Source: Hydrolagus colliei
Lineage: Eukaryota
Length of the DNA: 64,000 nt
Assembly (NCBI GenBank): GCA_035084275.1
Contig: CM068747.1
Location: 23,932,001 to 23,996,000, forward strand
Reading direction: 5' to 3'
Every line of letters starts with the position of its first letter. Position 1 is the stretch's first letter. The notes below the pieces were generated by a model. That model worked only from the letters and a program-made list of their open reading frames with translations, ran no database searches and had not been told where the DNA came from. The position numbers and the translations under genes are program-made. Of this stretch, positions 12,141 to 25,540 are shown in pieces.

Positions 12141-14601
12141 AAACATGGCAATGGATCATTATCTGCCATGAAAATGATGGCGCTCATGCTCACACTCACT
12201 GATCCTCTGGACATCTAAATACAATTAAACACTTTTGCACTGAATACAATGAAGTACTTTTAAATTCAATGATCACCATTATTCCATATGTTTCAGTTGT
12301 TGTTCAGAAAAAGAAACGTGGGGATAACAAGCCTTTGTAAACAACCTGTTAATAACTGAACAGCTTGTCTAATAGATAGGGAATCCTAAACTGAACTGGT
12401 CCCAAAAAAACTTACCAGTGTTTTCTATTGAGCTGCAGGGATACCATTATTTAGAATCACCATTACTAATTTTAACAAAGCATTTAAAAACACTTAAGAT
12501 GTGAGTCCACACCCACGACTGCTTGTAGCATTTCCTGGATTATCGACTGTCTCACATGTAAAAGGTCACTGAGAAGTCTTACCTCCAATTCCAATATCCT
12601 CATCCAACAATTGAGTATGTTTATGTCATGCGCTGGAAGGAAGGAATCACTTAGTGAGTAATGGCTGGAGCACACTGCCAGTATGCAGGCATCAGGAAAG
12701 CACAATTCCCTTCAAAAGCTGTGACCTATTATATGAAAAATAACAGATCTATTCCATGAAAATCCAATGTTCAATAGTTCCAATTCATTTTAAGACATGT
12801 CACTTGATTGCACATTGACTAGATTACTTAACTATACCTCAAGTTTATTTATACCAACATTTATGCAGTGACGGTTACTGCTATCAGATAATGCGTACTG
12901 TGTATAGATTATATGTTTTTATTAACCTGTCTTGGTTTTTTTTAATGCGCCCTGTTATATGTGTTTGCAATCGCCGTTATATACAGATTTTAATTATATG
13001 TCAGTCACAGATTCAACCTTATTGAAATAAGGAAATGCCACAGATATTGTGTGGGCTGTGGTAGTTATGAATATTTGATATCTACTCCAGATTTTTTTTA
13101 TAGAGTTTTCTACTTATCAGTTTGCAGCTCAAACAGGCACAGAGAGGAAGTCAGCAGAATATAAATCACAGATCAGATCAGATTCTAAACAAATGACACA
13201 GGAAAGCAAACATGGCCAACAGCAGATAGCCATATCAAACATCAATGCAATATTTACTTTCCAGAAAATAAATTAAAAATATATCAATGGCAGTTTTTGC
13301 CAACATGGGAAATTGCAATACTTTGGAGAAATCATTAATCGTTAATTTCACTGGCTTTGTGTGCCTTGAATAATTCTCTTAATTCTGTTAAATATCAAAT
13401 TGGGTATATGACTGTTTCAATGTAGTTACTAATATTATCTAGTATATTCCATTGATAATGCTATCTATCTCATTAGAGAAAACCAAGTAAAAAATATTTA
13501 TTCTTCAAGTAATACTTGTGCCATATTGTGTTGGTACAATGAAATATAGTATTTCCAGATTTATGACATGTTTGTAACAGCAGTAAATCTAATATGAACC
13601 AGATCACACTTGAGTATGACACAGGCAGTGTTTTAGCACATTGTGAAAACACAATGTCCTCTCTGTCTTTGGGCCAGGAGTAGGTGCATTACAGAGAGTA
13701 AAACTGTTTAGTCTCCAGTGTCATGGGCTGTCTGTACCCAAGACTCTCTCTCAGGTTGGTCACTATCCAGTTTATTCCTCTTCCAATGGGATCTGAGGCA
13801 TTTCACTGATGATTTAATTTGAAACCCATCAACAGGATTGGGCTTAAGAAAACAGCCATGTTGTTAAACTGTAAAAAGGACCGTGACTGTACTCAAAAGT
13901 AGATTGAGATTCCATTTCTATTTTGAGTTTTAATCGCAAATCCTTTATTAAAATCCTCTATTAAAAGCACTGCACAATGGTGTATCTTAGCAAACGCATC
14001 TTCTGTCCTGGTATTATGTGTGAGTTGTGCATCCAGATGTACTCCTGCCTCTGGCCCAGGAAGCTTGTGTCACTTCATGCATTACATTCAATTATCTTTC
14101 AAATAATAAAATCAAAAAAAATTCTAACAGAACTTTATACAAGAGCAGTGTTGTGTCACGGAAAGAGTTAAGTTGCCTGTTCTGTCACAGTTCAATATGA
14201 GACAGAATCAGACCCGCTGTAACCTGCCAGTGAACTCTGAAGTTAATATGATGAAGTTATGATTTTGTCATCAATCAGAACAGGCTATGGAATGACCAAA
14301 TCTCAGAGCGCTGCTTCAGAATCTAATTGTGCCAGAGCTTCATCAGTTTCCGGAATAATCCATTTCTTCCCTTGTCACCAGCCCCAGCCAATTGTACAAC
14401 CTTACATTATCATCTTTATCTTATTATCACATTTAGCAAGAAAGAAAATGAGGCTGTTCGGAGTTTGCAAGACAAGGCGGCTGTGCATTCTGTCATTACT
14501 TGCTTTTATTTATCTGCCTCTCACGACGCATAAAAGGGCCGTTTGCTCGTGCATTGCTGTAGGGAATCTGATGAAAATTAGGATCCCATAAGGGAATTCC
14601 A

Positions 14602-14615
14602 TGAACTTTTGAACC
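14602..14615 (-). promoter_or_regulatory. Candidate DR2 RARE GGTTCA-aa-AGTTCA
   Basis: Plus strand TGAACTttTGAACC, next to an NF-kB-like GGGAATTCC (14592-14600). Confidence 0.4.
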
Positions 14616-15090
14616 AGTATTAGACAACTTAAATCTAAAAGGCTACAACCTAATTAAATCCTTAACTGAAATGCAGTGGAATCAGGAATGCTGTACATAC
14701 TGTAATCACCAGCAAATGGAAATAGGCAACCATGTCTTGTTTTATTAACCTAAAGGTGCCATATAGTGTATTACAGCTCATTGTATCCACAAATCCATTG
14801 TCAAAGGTCCTACAGAATATAACGTTATACCTCATAGTCATTTATTGCATAAATTCAGAAGGTATAACATAATTTGACCTGAAGGTTGCCTCAAGGCTTC
14901 AAACAACTTTTGTTTAAATCAAGGCAATAATGAACAACTTGCTGCTGGGCCAATTTATGCTTTATTTTATGTTTTAATTTATGTTGCAATTTAGGTTTTA
15001 TTTTAATCGTTTAATCTACCTGCTAAAAGCCTGTTCAAAAAAGGGGCATTTTTCATTTACTGAATGATCCACTAACTTTTTGTCACTAAC

Positions 15091-15190
15091 CTTTTCGCCC
15101 GGAAAAATATACAGTCAATTCACTTTACAATATATTTGAGGTGTCTCAAAGATGTAATAAGGTATTATATCAAATGCAGGGATTATTATT
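15091..15190 (+). mobile_element. Deu-type SINE 3' fragment
   Basis: atatacagtcaattcactttaca...tatatcaaatgcagggattattatt. Confidence 0.75.
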
Positions 15191-15339
15191 GTTAATACAT
15201 CCAGATATAGATATGTAACCATTGTGTATTTATAATTCCTAATTTACATTTTACTGGCAGAATGTAGGGTGGCATTAATAAAAATGTCCTCTACTTTTTC
15301 TGAACCCTATTTTTTAATTAACCAGATTCCATTTAGAAT

Positions 15340-15997
15340 ACAACAACAACAAAATTACATTTATAGAGTGCCGTTCATGTCAGGACGACGTCCCAAGGCG
15401 CTGAACAGTTAGGTTGGGACCGGAGCAGGAGTGGGGGGTGGGAGGTGGGGATAGGGGGAAGGAGAGTAGGAGAGGGGGGAGAGTTAGGAGGGGAGCAGGA
15501 GGCACGGTCGAAGAGGAAGATCTTGAGACTGGTCTTGAAGGAGGAAAGGGAGGAAGTGAGGTGAAGGGATTGCGGGATGGAGTTCCATAGTGTGGAAGCA
15601 GAGAGGCTGAGTGTCCAGCCACCAATGGTAGGGCGGTTCAGGCAGGGGACGTGAAGCAGGCCAGAGCCCGCTGAACGGAGGGGACGGACAGGCTGATAGG
15701 GAGACAGCAGGTCAGAGAGATACGCAGGGGCAAGGCTATGAATGGCTTTGAAAGTGAAGTCGAGGATCTTGACTTCGACCCTCTGGGAGATGGGGAGCCA
15801 GTGGAGACGGCGAGGGTGGGAGTGATGTGGTCGCGGAGCCTAGTGCGGGAGAGTACACGAGCTGCAGAGTTCTGAATAATCTGCAGCCTGTGAAGGGAGT
15901 AGCTGGGAAGGCCGACGAGGAGAGAGTTCCCCTAGTCGAGCCTAGATGTAATGAATGCGCGGATTAGTGTTTCGGCAGCATGGGGGGGGGGGTGAGG
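15340..15997 (-). mobile_element. L2 LINE 3' fragment with decayed ORF2 C-terminus
   Basis: Minus strand gives AETLIRAFITSRLD*GNSLL...LQIIQNSAARVL...RDHITP/LHWLP...LRS...LWNSIP...FK, with a stop and a frameshift; L2 tail present. Confidence 0.95.
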
Positions 15998-16980
15998 TAG
16001 TGGCAGAATCTGGCAATGCAGGTTGAGAATAATGTAGGTTGAGAATAACCTCCCAAAGATGTTCATTGAACATTAAACAATTCCATTCTCTTTGATTCCC
16101 TGATAAGAAGACAGCAGAATTGACCACTGCACATCCAGCCCAGTCTCCAGTTAAACAAACACCAGAAAAGGAACTTTTTTGGGGAAAAATGCAGATAATT
16201 GTCTCTTCGCATAAGTCTTGATACCTTCTTAAATCAATCTTTAAAAAAAATAACCCTATAATTAGGATCCAATAACATGTTTTCACTGGCTGCTCTCCAG
16301 CAAAAGTTGTTGTGTGTGTGTGTAAAGCACAACGTTAACAAGATCGGCAATACAGCTGTGGAATCTCTACCTGAAGCAAATAATGATTAGAAGACGCCTG
16401 GAGCCAGGTGAATGAACAGAAGGCAATGCCTCTCTCTGCGGGTGGTCTTATATGCTCACAAAAACACTGCTACATCTCACGCATGTGATCAGACCCATTA
16501 ACCACAGGTTTAATGCAACAGATTGCTTGTTATATATGTGTTTTGTAATTGTTGGATGTTTCACAGCCATGTTTCAATTTGCATATCATTTGAATTTTGC
16601 ATTTCTAATTTCTGCAGATGATAAACACACGGTTCAGAAAATGCGACAGAAAGCTGCAATTCAAAGACGTAAAATGTTTAGGAAAGAAAAGCACTTGGAT
16701 TTACTCATAATCAAATTACAGTTTGCAGTGCTGATAATCAATGATAGCGAAGTTGCGAGATACCTTGATTTTTGAGTTGTTTTACATTTAGTTTGCCCTC
16801 TGTTTGAGACACCTTTCCAGTGACGATTTATTCGCTTGCAAAGACCTTGTGCATCTGCAAAAGGGATAATAAAGAAATGTTTGCTTCTTGCTATTCTCTC
16901 TCTCTGTCTCTCCTTGTCACTCCCGAAGGCTTTTTCACTGGAGCGGATGCAATTCCATGGCACTGATTGTCCAATTACCA

Positions 16981-17265
16981 AGGAGGGGTTGCTAGATATT
17001 GATCAGGAGCAGTAACCCGGGCTGATTTTCTGGTCCCAGCCTAGGGCACAAAGACCAATTGTATCAGCGATATTGCCACCCCAGCTGAGATCAGCTAACT
17101 CAACACAAATGAGGATTTAAACCTGGGATTTTTTTTTGTGGTTAGCCAGATATTGGGCACATGTGGAAACCCATCACTATACAACGCTTAAGAGTCTCCA
17201 AACCACACTGAGAGTTCCGTAAATATGGTTTTTTTCGGTTTATCTTCCCAGTCTGTATGGCTCAA
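16981..17265 (-). mobile_element. AmnSINE2-like relic interrupted by a ~110-bp insertion
   Basis: gatcaggagc...gctgatttt...ccaattgt...cagctgagatcagctaactca...aaacctggga[insert]cttcccagtctgtatggctca. Confidence 0.65.
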
Positions 17266-17499
17266 TTACTCATAAATAATAATAATAATAAACTCATTGA
17301 GCCTCCTTGAAAATGAATAAACTGATATTTAAATCTTGAAGCATTCTAAATAAGTACAGTACTGTAAATCCATACACAGGTACCATGCTTTGTACAACTT
17401 TGATTTAATAAACAAGCCTCAAATTTTTGCCCTAGAATATCCAGAGCATTACGTTGAGTAAAATACTGGAAATACTGTGCTTCTATTGAATTGAATTTG

Positions 17500-17880
17500 A
17501 AGTGCACACCTCTGGGACTTGGGTTTGTTCCAGTCCAAGGCTAATTGAATGAAAGTCTTTTCTCTCTGCTGGCTTTTAAGGGTTCAGCGTGAAATGAGTT
17601 TTGTCTGAATCAACCCAGTTTCTAGAGGTTACACACCCTACAGTACAAAGTATTCTTAACTCTGGAGAAATTGGCAATATCAGCCAGAGGGACCATCAGG
17701 ATGGCTGCTCTGAAAAAAAACCACATGTACAAAAGGTGTGCTTTTTTGAGGCCTGACAAATGCATGTTGTATGGGGAAAGCGAGTTTTATGTGCTGTCTG
17801 GCTTTGCTGCAGGTTAGCTGAGTGCTTGATGCTGGCTGGCACTGAATGTCAAAAGCAGAAATGTTCCTTCATCAAAAATG
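17500..17880 (+). mobile_element. LF-SINE-like ancient SINE
   Basis: cacctctgggacttgggtt...tccag...gaaagtc...gtgaaatgagtt...ccagtttctag...aattggca, resembling the LF-SINE consensus as I recall it. Confidence 0.55.
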
Positions 17881-17971
17881 ACATATTTTCACCTTGAAGA
17901 ACACAGAAAGCTTCTGGAAGAAAGAAGAATGTAACATGCTGAGAAATGTGTTCAACATATTCAAGCAGCAA

Positions 17972-18030
17972 ACTTTGGATACGGCTCGAAGAAGTGATCA
18001 GGCGCTATATTAAATGTAAGGATTATTATT
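17972..18030 (+). mobile_element. SINE tail fragment
   Basis: aggcgctatattaaatgtaaggattattatt. Confidence 0.65.
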
Positions 18031-19771
18031 GTCAAGATCACTCTTTATATGTAGCCCGCCTCTTTCAAAAAGGTACTTTATTTTCACATACCATTCCAGC
18101 TTCTCATACCATATTACATCTTTCATTTGCTCTGTCAAATTCCCATCCTTTAAATCTTATTGCCAATCCCACCTGTCACATTTTTAGGCTTGGACACTGT
18201 ACACTGTACAGTGCTTATGGCTGTATAATAATACAGATGCTACTCAGTGCAATACTTAACTGTATTACCACCTGCTCTTGAAATGCTGAAAAAATCTCTG
18301 TTTAATTTCAGCTCAGCGACATGGGCTGAGATCCAGGCCTTGTCCTCATGAACCACAGCTGCTGCTACTTATGCAGATTATAGAGCTCAGTATATTACAC
18401 TAATAAAATAAAATTCAAGCATATGATTCCAGGACAAAAACGCTAGATTATCAAACACAAGTTCATGAATGTGACATGAATGGAGAGAAAATGCTACCCG
18501 AATTTTTCTAAAAGTTGGTGTTAAAAAGTCATGTAATGTAACAAAGTTTGACCTCAATAGTACTGTACATTTATATTCTTCATTTAACAAAGATTTGGTT
18601 CTCCAAAGTATCTTTTAATAATGGCCCATTATTGGCCCTGTGTGAGGGTAAGCTATTTAAATGGAAGTTGCTCTTTTTGTGGTGTATTCCTGTCTGATTT
18701 TCACTTCTAAACTCCGGTCTAAAACATTTACTTGTATCTCTCAACAAAGATCAAAATATATTTTAACCACAATTCTGGAATTAGCAAAGACAGCATCTCA
18801 TTAGTGAGGAATGAACACCCTCTTCGACTCTAACTGGAACTTTGCTGTGTCTTTAATACATTAAAAGTTAGAAGGAAATCTAGGATCAATTATAGCCTTA
18901 GATAGTCTGAAGAAAGGGATAATTAATCTATTAAATACACATGAATAAATTGTGCAATCCATCCCTTAACGTCTTAAATGAAAGTTACTGTAAAGATCTT
19001 ATCAATTGACCTACATGTGTTAGGAATGTATACGGTATATTGCAGCTTGAACTCTGCCAGCATGCTCTCTAGAAAGCTCATCCAAAATATTTTTATGTGA
19101 TGTATGCTCTCTTTGAAAACATGATTTTTCATTTTCGACACTTCACATATACTGTTTCCAGATTCCTGACTTCCATAAATATTATGCTCACATATCATCA
19201 TGTTAGTGCTATAACAATTTACTGGAACGTGGTTTCGGAGACTTTGCCAGGACCTGGGTTATATTGTGGTTGACATTACACTGTCATAGCAAATGGTTCA
19301 TAAATCTTTTATAGGTTTCAGAGATTTTACAAACCTCCTGTGTTTCATATGGTGTTTCTTACCGCCTGAGAAGTCCTGAAATATACCCCCTTTCCTTGTA
19401 ACGGTTTCCTAATGTTTTCCGAATCTAGTTTCATCACACACTTCCAATTATGACGGGTGCTCTTTGCGGCAGTAAACTGATCTCTCCCTGAATACACAGG
19501 GTATATTATCCATATATTTACACCGATAACATTATAATGTACTTAATATGAAATAGCAGACTTTTTACGTACAACTTTCAAGTTATGGTTTAATCATAAC
19601 ATGATGTTTTGACAAATTCCAATTCATCCTATTCAGCTGCTTGGAGTACAGGCTTTAAGGGATCTATCTGTCTGTAGGAGTCTGGCTCAATGCTTTCTTC
19701 CATTGCCAACGCCTGACATCTTCTGGAATGTTGCTCTTTAAAGAGTGACTGAGTTATGTTGAAATGGGTCC

Positions 19772-20076
19772 ATAATAATAATCCTTGCATTTGATATAGC
19801 GCTTTTCACATCTTCTAGATGTCTCAAAGCGCTTCACAGAATATACTGTAAAGTAAATTGACTGTATACTTGTGGCCGAAACACAGCAGCCAATTGTGCA
19901 CAGCAGTGTCCCATGAACAGTGGATTGAGTGACCAAATTATTCTTATCTTTTTTTGAGGGAACATTATTCGGAGTGTGGAGTAATGAAATTTGCTCAAGG
20001 TTTCACCCTGCCTGGAATCAAAACCAAGTCTCCCGTTTGTAAGGCATGTGCTCTTACCACTGAGCTACAGGACTTC
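19772..20076 (-). mobile_element. Full-length tRNA-derived Deu-type SINE
   Basis: Pol III A-box TAGCTCAGTGG, B-box-like GGTTTTGATTCC, Deu-like body (gggacactgctgtgcacaattggctgc), L2-type tail, (att)n. Confidence 0.92.
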
Positions 20077-21538
20077 ATGCTTTTTGCCCCAGCCACTAAT
20101 TTTGCCACTAATCTAAGATCAATTAACTTAGTGTGAACCAGGGTACCAAACTTGGACTTTCCTTTTCTATTTTTGTAAAAGTAAGAAATGGCTTTTGCAA
20201 TGAATTCTAAATGGCTTCCCACCCACTTAAAACTAAAACAAGGCTCGAAACACATGCTCCAGGACTGACTCAATAGTAATATGTTGTGTTTAGAATAAAT
20301 AGGATATGTCACTTTCAGTAGAAAGACATAAGTAGGCCTATCTCTATATTTTATGAAACTGTTCTTAACCTACTCTGGTCAGCCTCAGTTAAGAGGACAT
20401 TTATCATATTCTAATGCACTGCTGGCCAAGGTATATCCTCACTCTCTAATATATATATATTGCAGGTCTTAATGTTGTGCTATGAAGAGCAGTATCCAAA
20501 TTAAAGGCACAAAATGTGTGCACTCAGCTGTCAGTCAACAAACAGTCAGTATCCTTTGCATAGATCTCAATTTGCTACATTTTAATACCATCAATTGTCA
20601 ACCTCCCACACTATTTTCATATAAACTTGAGCTAGTATGACAATTGGGTTGGCCCTTCCACACAATCAGGAAAAATACTGAGTTCACTAAAAGTAGCATA
20701 TCAAGAAAGAAATATGATTTGCATCTGTGATATTGATTAAATCATCCCTCTTATTAGTCAGTGTTAAATGTTTATGGAATAGCTTTCTTAAACATCTCAG
20801 ATGAAGATAAAGGTGTCTACTTTCTGACAGCTGTGGGCAAACTTTAGTGTTTAGTCCTTAACATGGTTCCTGGGTTCTTCTTCAGGTCAATTTAGTCAAC
20901 AATTATAAAGCAAACAGTAAATAATCTTTAAACCGAGTATGTATACCACAGGCACATTGACATCCCTTGCTTCAAAAAATGGGATTGTTTTCTCTTAATG
21001 TGCGTATCAAAGGTATAATATGTAACATTTTGAACTTGTGCTCAGGTCAGTGGAAAGGAAAGCACAGAAATATATATTTCATGAAAATTCACTGACTTGT
21101 TCTACCCTTGTAAGGTAGACATCCCATGAAGTCATTTGTAAAAGGCCTTGTTGAAAGACAGCCGAGTCTCATCAATCCACATCATAGGAGTACAGTACTG
21201 TATAAGAAAACATGGACTGATATAGGGTAAACGTGGGTTGTGGAAATGGTTCTGCGGGTGAGCTGCAAGGTAGGAACTGTCATGAAATTTGTAAAAAAAA
21301 AGTACAGAGTGAAAAATAATCTGTTTCCAGCATAAAATGTAAACAAGTGTATTCTAAACACTCAATTTACTAAATTAACAGCACTCAAAAAGTAAGAACC
21401 TTTTAACATATTGTGCAGTTAGTGTCCGATATCCTTACAATTTTACAAAACCTAATTTTTTTGTGCTTTGTGCTATGAGATTGTAGATGGCCACACGGTG
21501 ATCAAGCAATCACTGGTCAATCAGCCATTAATAGCTTT

Positions 21539-21890
21539 GAAGTCATGTCGCCTAATGGATAGTGCACTCATCTCGCAAGCGAGGTTTAATTCCCGGGCCG
21601 GGAGAAACCTGAGGCAAGTTTTCTTAATCCACACATCTCTAGTTACCTAGTAGTAAGTAGGTACAGTACCTGGTTGTTAGTCGATTGGCAGATCACTTTT
21701 CTGGTAGTATTAATCCCTCCCCCCAAAAATTATAGTTTGGTCACTCATTCCACAACTATTTGTAGGCCACTGATATGTGCAATTGGCTGCCAGGTTTTGC
21801 CCACAAATATAGTCAATTCAGTTTACAGTATATGACGCAAAGCGCTTTGAGACGTCTCAATGATGAGACCAGGCATTAGAATTATTATTA
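21539..21890 (+). mobile_element. Older, longer variant of the same SINE with ~65 extra internal bases
   Basis: Head and Deu-like body align to the other copies; segment 21639-21702 is absent from them. Confidence 0.85.
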
Positions 21891-22539
21891 AGAGAGTTCA
21901 TAATAATATTACAATATCTGAAGAGAGTTGGAATTATAATTGAGTTCATTCATTAAAATGCACATATTTCATGCAATCATCCCAACAAAAGACATTTCAT
22001 TGACTTCACATCCATAATACACACTCGGATTACCCCCCCAAAAAATTGCTGCATCAGTTATCACAAACAGAACTACAAAACTCAGCGAGAAAGGTGGTAA
22101 CAACACATAAATACAACAGACATAAACACAACTCACATAACAGAGTCACACCACAAACATACACACAGCCTACAGAGGGACAGGGAACAGAACACACGCT
22201 TCCAGTCTCCACTCAGCTCTCCCCAGAAGGTGAATACAAATGATCAACCAACGATGAATATTTTATGTTTTTAAGTCTTCATTCTTTGAGCGAGACATTC
22301 AAATACAAATGCTCGCTTATGACAATATATGTTGATAGCAAATATCTCCCAGGCAACGAGGATTTATATATTGAATGGCTACTGTGATTTATACCACTTT
22401 TGTCAATGTAGTTTGAACAGTTGGCACTCACTAAATCTTTGCCTTTCTCTTAGCTATATTGTAATACAGCTTCAGAATTTTCACAGGAGGTTTTTAAAAT
22501 ATATATATTTGCATTGTATAACCGGAAACCTACAGACTG

Positions 22540-22598
22540 CCGCCTCTCATCCCCGACATGAAAGGTGCTAATCAAATGTAATTTTGTTGTTGCTGTTG
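22540..22598 (+). mobile_element. L2 tail-only insertion
   Basis: ccccgacatgaaaggtgctaatcaaatgtaattttgttgttg. Confidence 0.75.
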
Positions 22599-24232
22599 AG
22601 TTAAAGGGCTCCTTCCTACAGTGTCATTAGATATACATACAGAGCTGATGTTCAGGTTTGTGTGACTGTCTGAGAGGCTGGATGTTACTTCAATTATTGG
22701 CGCATCATTCGATTTTGTCCATTTTAGGAATTGCAAAATAATCAGCTGTATGTTTTTTTTAGAGAGGGGGGAAATTCATAGCTGTAAAAGTTAAGTTTAA
22801 ATTTATTTTTGAGTTTCAAAACACTAAGATCTGGTGTTGCTGCCTGACATTCACCTTCAAATGCATTTCCACACAAGAGCTTCATTCACATCATCAAGAT
22901 GAAAGAGGATGGGATATTTTGTTATAGATCCAAGGAGATCATCTATGGCCTTGTGTTATAAATGTAGTCTTTATAAATTCATGTGCATGAGGCAATGGCC
23001 AAAATTAATACAGTACTTGGCTCAAGGGATGTGTGCTGAAGAAGTTTGTATCTCACAGCAGGGTTTATGTCTGTGTACAGTAAGATAACCCTAAGGAAAC
23101 ATTGAGAAACAGTGCAAACAAAAGCACTATGACTTGAGATGATGGTCCATTCATAAAGCAAGGGAACACCAGAAGAGCACTTTGAACTGAGCTCCTTGCG
23201 AAGTGAATGGTTACATTACCTTATTACAGGCCATCATAATAAATCTAGCAAATGGCAGAGGTGCAAATACATATATTCTGTGCTCTGGAAAGGACTATAT
23301 ATGTTAAACTACTGAACTGCTTTTAGGACAGAAGCAAACCGGGTAGTAGGTGGGGGAATAAAATCTGAAAAGAAACCTACTGATTTTAGAAATACAATAC
23401 GAAAAATAACAATAAATTATACTTTGCAAAAACATGAATGGATACCAGCTCTGGAGTAAGAGGAACCAGAGGATTGTCTGAAGTCCTGATGTACAGTTTC
23501 CTCTTTGGTATAGTATAGAGTTTCCACTTTATTACAGAACAAGGATACAGTGACTGAATTAACATAACACACATTGGGCCCTACTCCTAGTCTTTTTAAC
23601 ACATTTTCAGACAACATCCTCTTTCTCCTGGCTGATTTATACCTGCTTTTATTTATTATTTCTTGTTAGAAACATTTTTTTTTTAAAAAGCCTTTATTTT
23701 TTATCCAATACAACCACCTCACAGGCAATGAATTCCACACTTCAATTCTCCCACATAAACCTCAATTGCGTTTAAATTGCAGAGTTATGTTTGAAAACAA
23801 GCATGTTGGCAATTTTCCCAAAAGGTTAAAATTCCCACTGATTTCAGGAGCGATCAGTGTGGGAGTAAACACTACAAACATTTAACTTAATTGACGAACT
23901 GCAACTGACGGTGGCCAAAAATATCAGTCAGGAGACTCCTACATTCTAATTCTGGGACTGGGTGCTAGTCTGCAATCAATATCAACTGACAGACACGGCT
24001 GCTTATTTTGCATGTGCCAAGAGTTGGATACATGTTTCCTCACGTTGGATAACACCCAAATCTTGTCTCAGTGCACACAGAATATTTTTTCCTGATTTAA
24101 ATAGCTGAGGGTTGTTATGACACAGAGTGGCCAGTTGGGGGAGACGTTTGTGCAGCTAACACATGAACTGCAACTGTGGGCACTTTAACCCACAAGTTAC
24201 CTGTATTACAAAGCAGCAGCAGCATCATCATC

Positions 24233-24396
24233 ATAATAATCCTTGCATTTGATAGAGCTTTTCACATCTTCTGGATGTCTCAAAGTGGTTCACAGAATGT
24301 ACTGTAAAGTGGATTGACTGTATATTTATGGACCAAACGTGGCTGCCAATTGTGCACAGTAGTGTCCCATTAAACAGTCATGAAATGACCAATTTA
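24233..24396 (-). mobile_element. 5'-truncated Deu-type SINE
   Basis: Tail plus Deu-like body, aligns to the 19772 copy. Confidence 0.9.
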
Positions 24397-25511
24397 TTAA
24401 TACAATTAACTAACCAACAAACAGTATTGCCAGATGCATGTTAACTTTTTTTTGTGTACAAGTCTCTAATTTCAACCGTTAATGTGAAATATATAAAACT
24501 TCACATATGACCGGATTCCTAAGTTCACAGCACTTGATTTTATAACTCTCTCTCATGGTTTCAAGTGGATCTTTTAAGAACTTAATATATGGTTTGCAGT
24601 AAATTGAACACCTAAAAAAAAGCTGTGTCGCGTTAAAAATGTTTATGACACTGTATTCTTCGTATTTCTGTGTTTTTTCGGCTCGAGTGTGGCTCACGTA
24701 TGGATGACAAATTCTGAAATAATTATATTCAAGGGAAACATCTTGTGTTTCTCAATTCTATTTATTTTTGAAAACAAAGCTCACCTGAAAAACTGTGACA
24801 TAAATAGTGGTTTAAATAAGGCTGGCATGAAAGTGCTTTTACCCCCACAAGAAGCACAAGATGTTATTTCAGGATGGGCAGACACGCAGTTTGTGGCAAA
24901 ATAATAATCCTGATAAAATAATAAAAACATATTAAATAAAAAGAAACTGCAGTACAACTAATCCACACACCCACCCCACGTAAAAAACTGTAAAAAATTG
25001 TTTTCTGACTACAGATAATTTACCAATTAAATATTTTTAAATCGTTGTGGTTGGATATCATGTCTCAGAACCCCTGTTATATATCACTCATAATGTATAC
25101 TCTCCATTACTACAAGCGGGTAAGTGTGTGTGTGTGTGTTTTTCCTCCAAAACTTGTGTATGGCTGTAACAGCACACAGTCTGGTGTTTGTACATGTTTT
25201 GCAGATATCAATCGCAGTATGTGATTCAACGATTCCTGGCGTTAATCAGTGGGGAGAGGAGAGTTGCTTCTTGCATAGAGACAACCAACACAGATATGTG
25301 ATGCGATGCAACACATGTAATAAATAACTATGTCTACAGGAGAACTAATAATTGCGTTTGGCAGAAGCACAGTAACCATGAAGCTTTTCTGTCGGGAACT
25401 TACATTCTGGTAGGAAGCCTGGCAGAGGAATGGGGAAACTCGGGAGGCTGCAAGGCAAGAATGGAAGGGAAAGTTTCTGTTTTTAATGGAGTGAATTTTC
25501 AAGGTGGGGGG

Positions 25512-25540
25512 ATATATATATATATATACATATATATATA
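25512..25540. repeat. (TA)n microsatellite
   Basis: atatatatatatatatacatatatatata. Confidence 0.95.
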
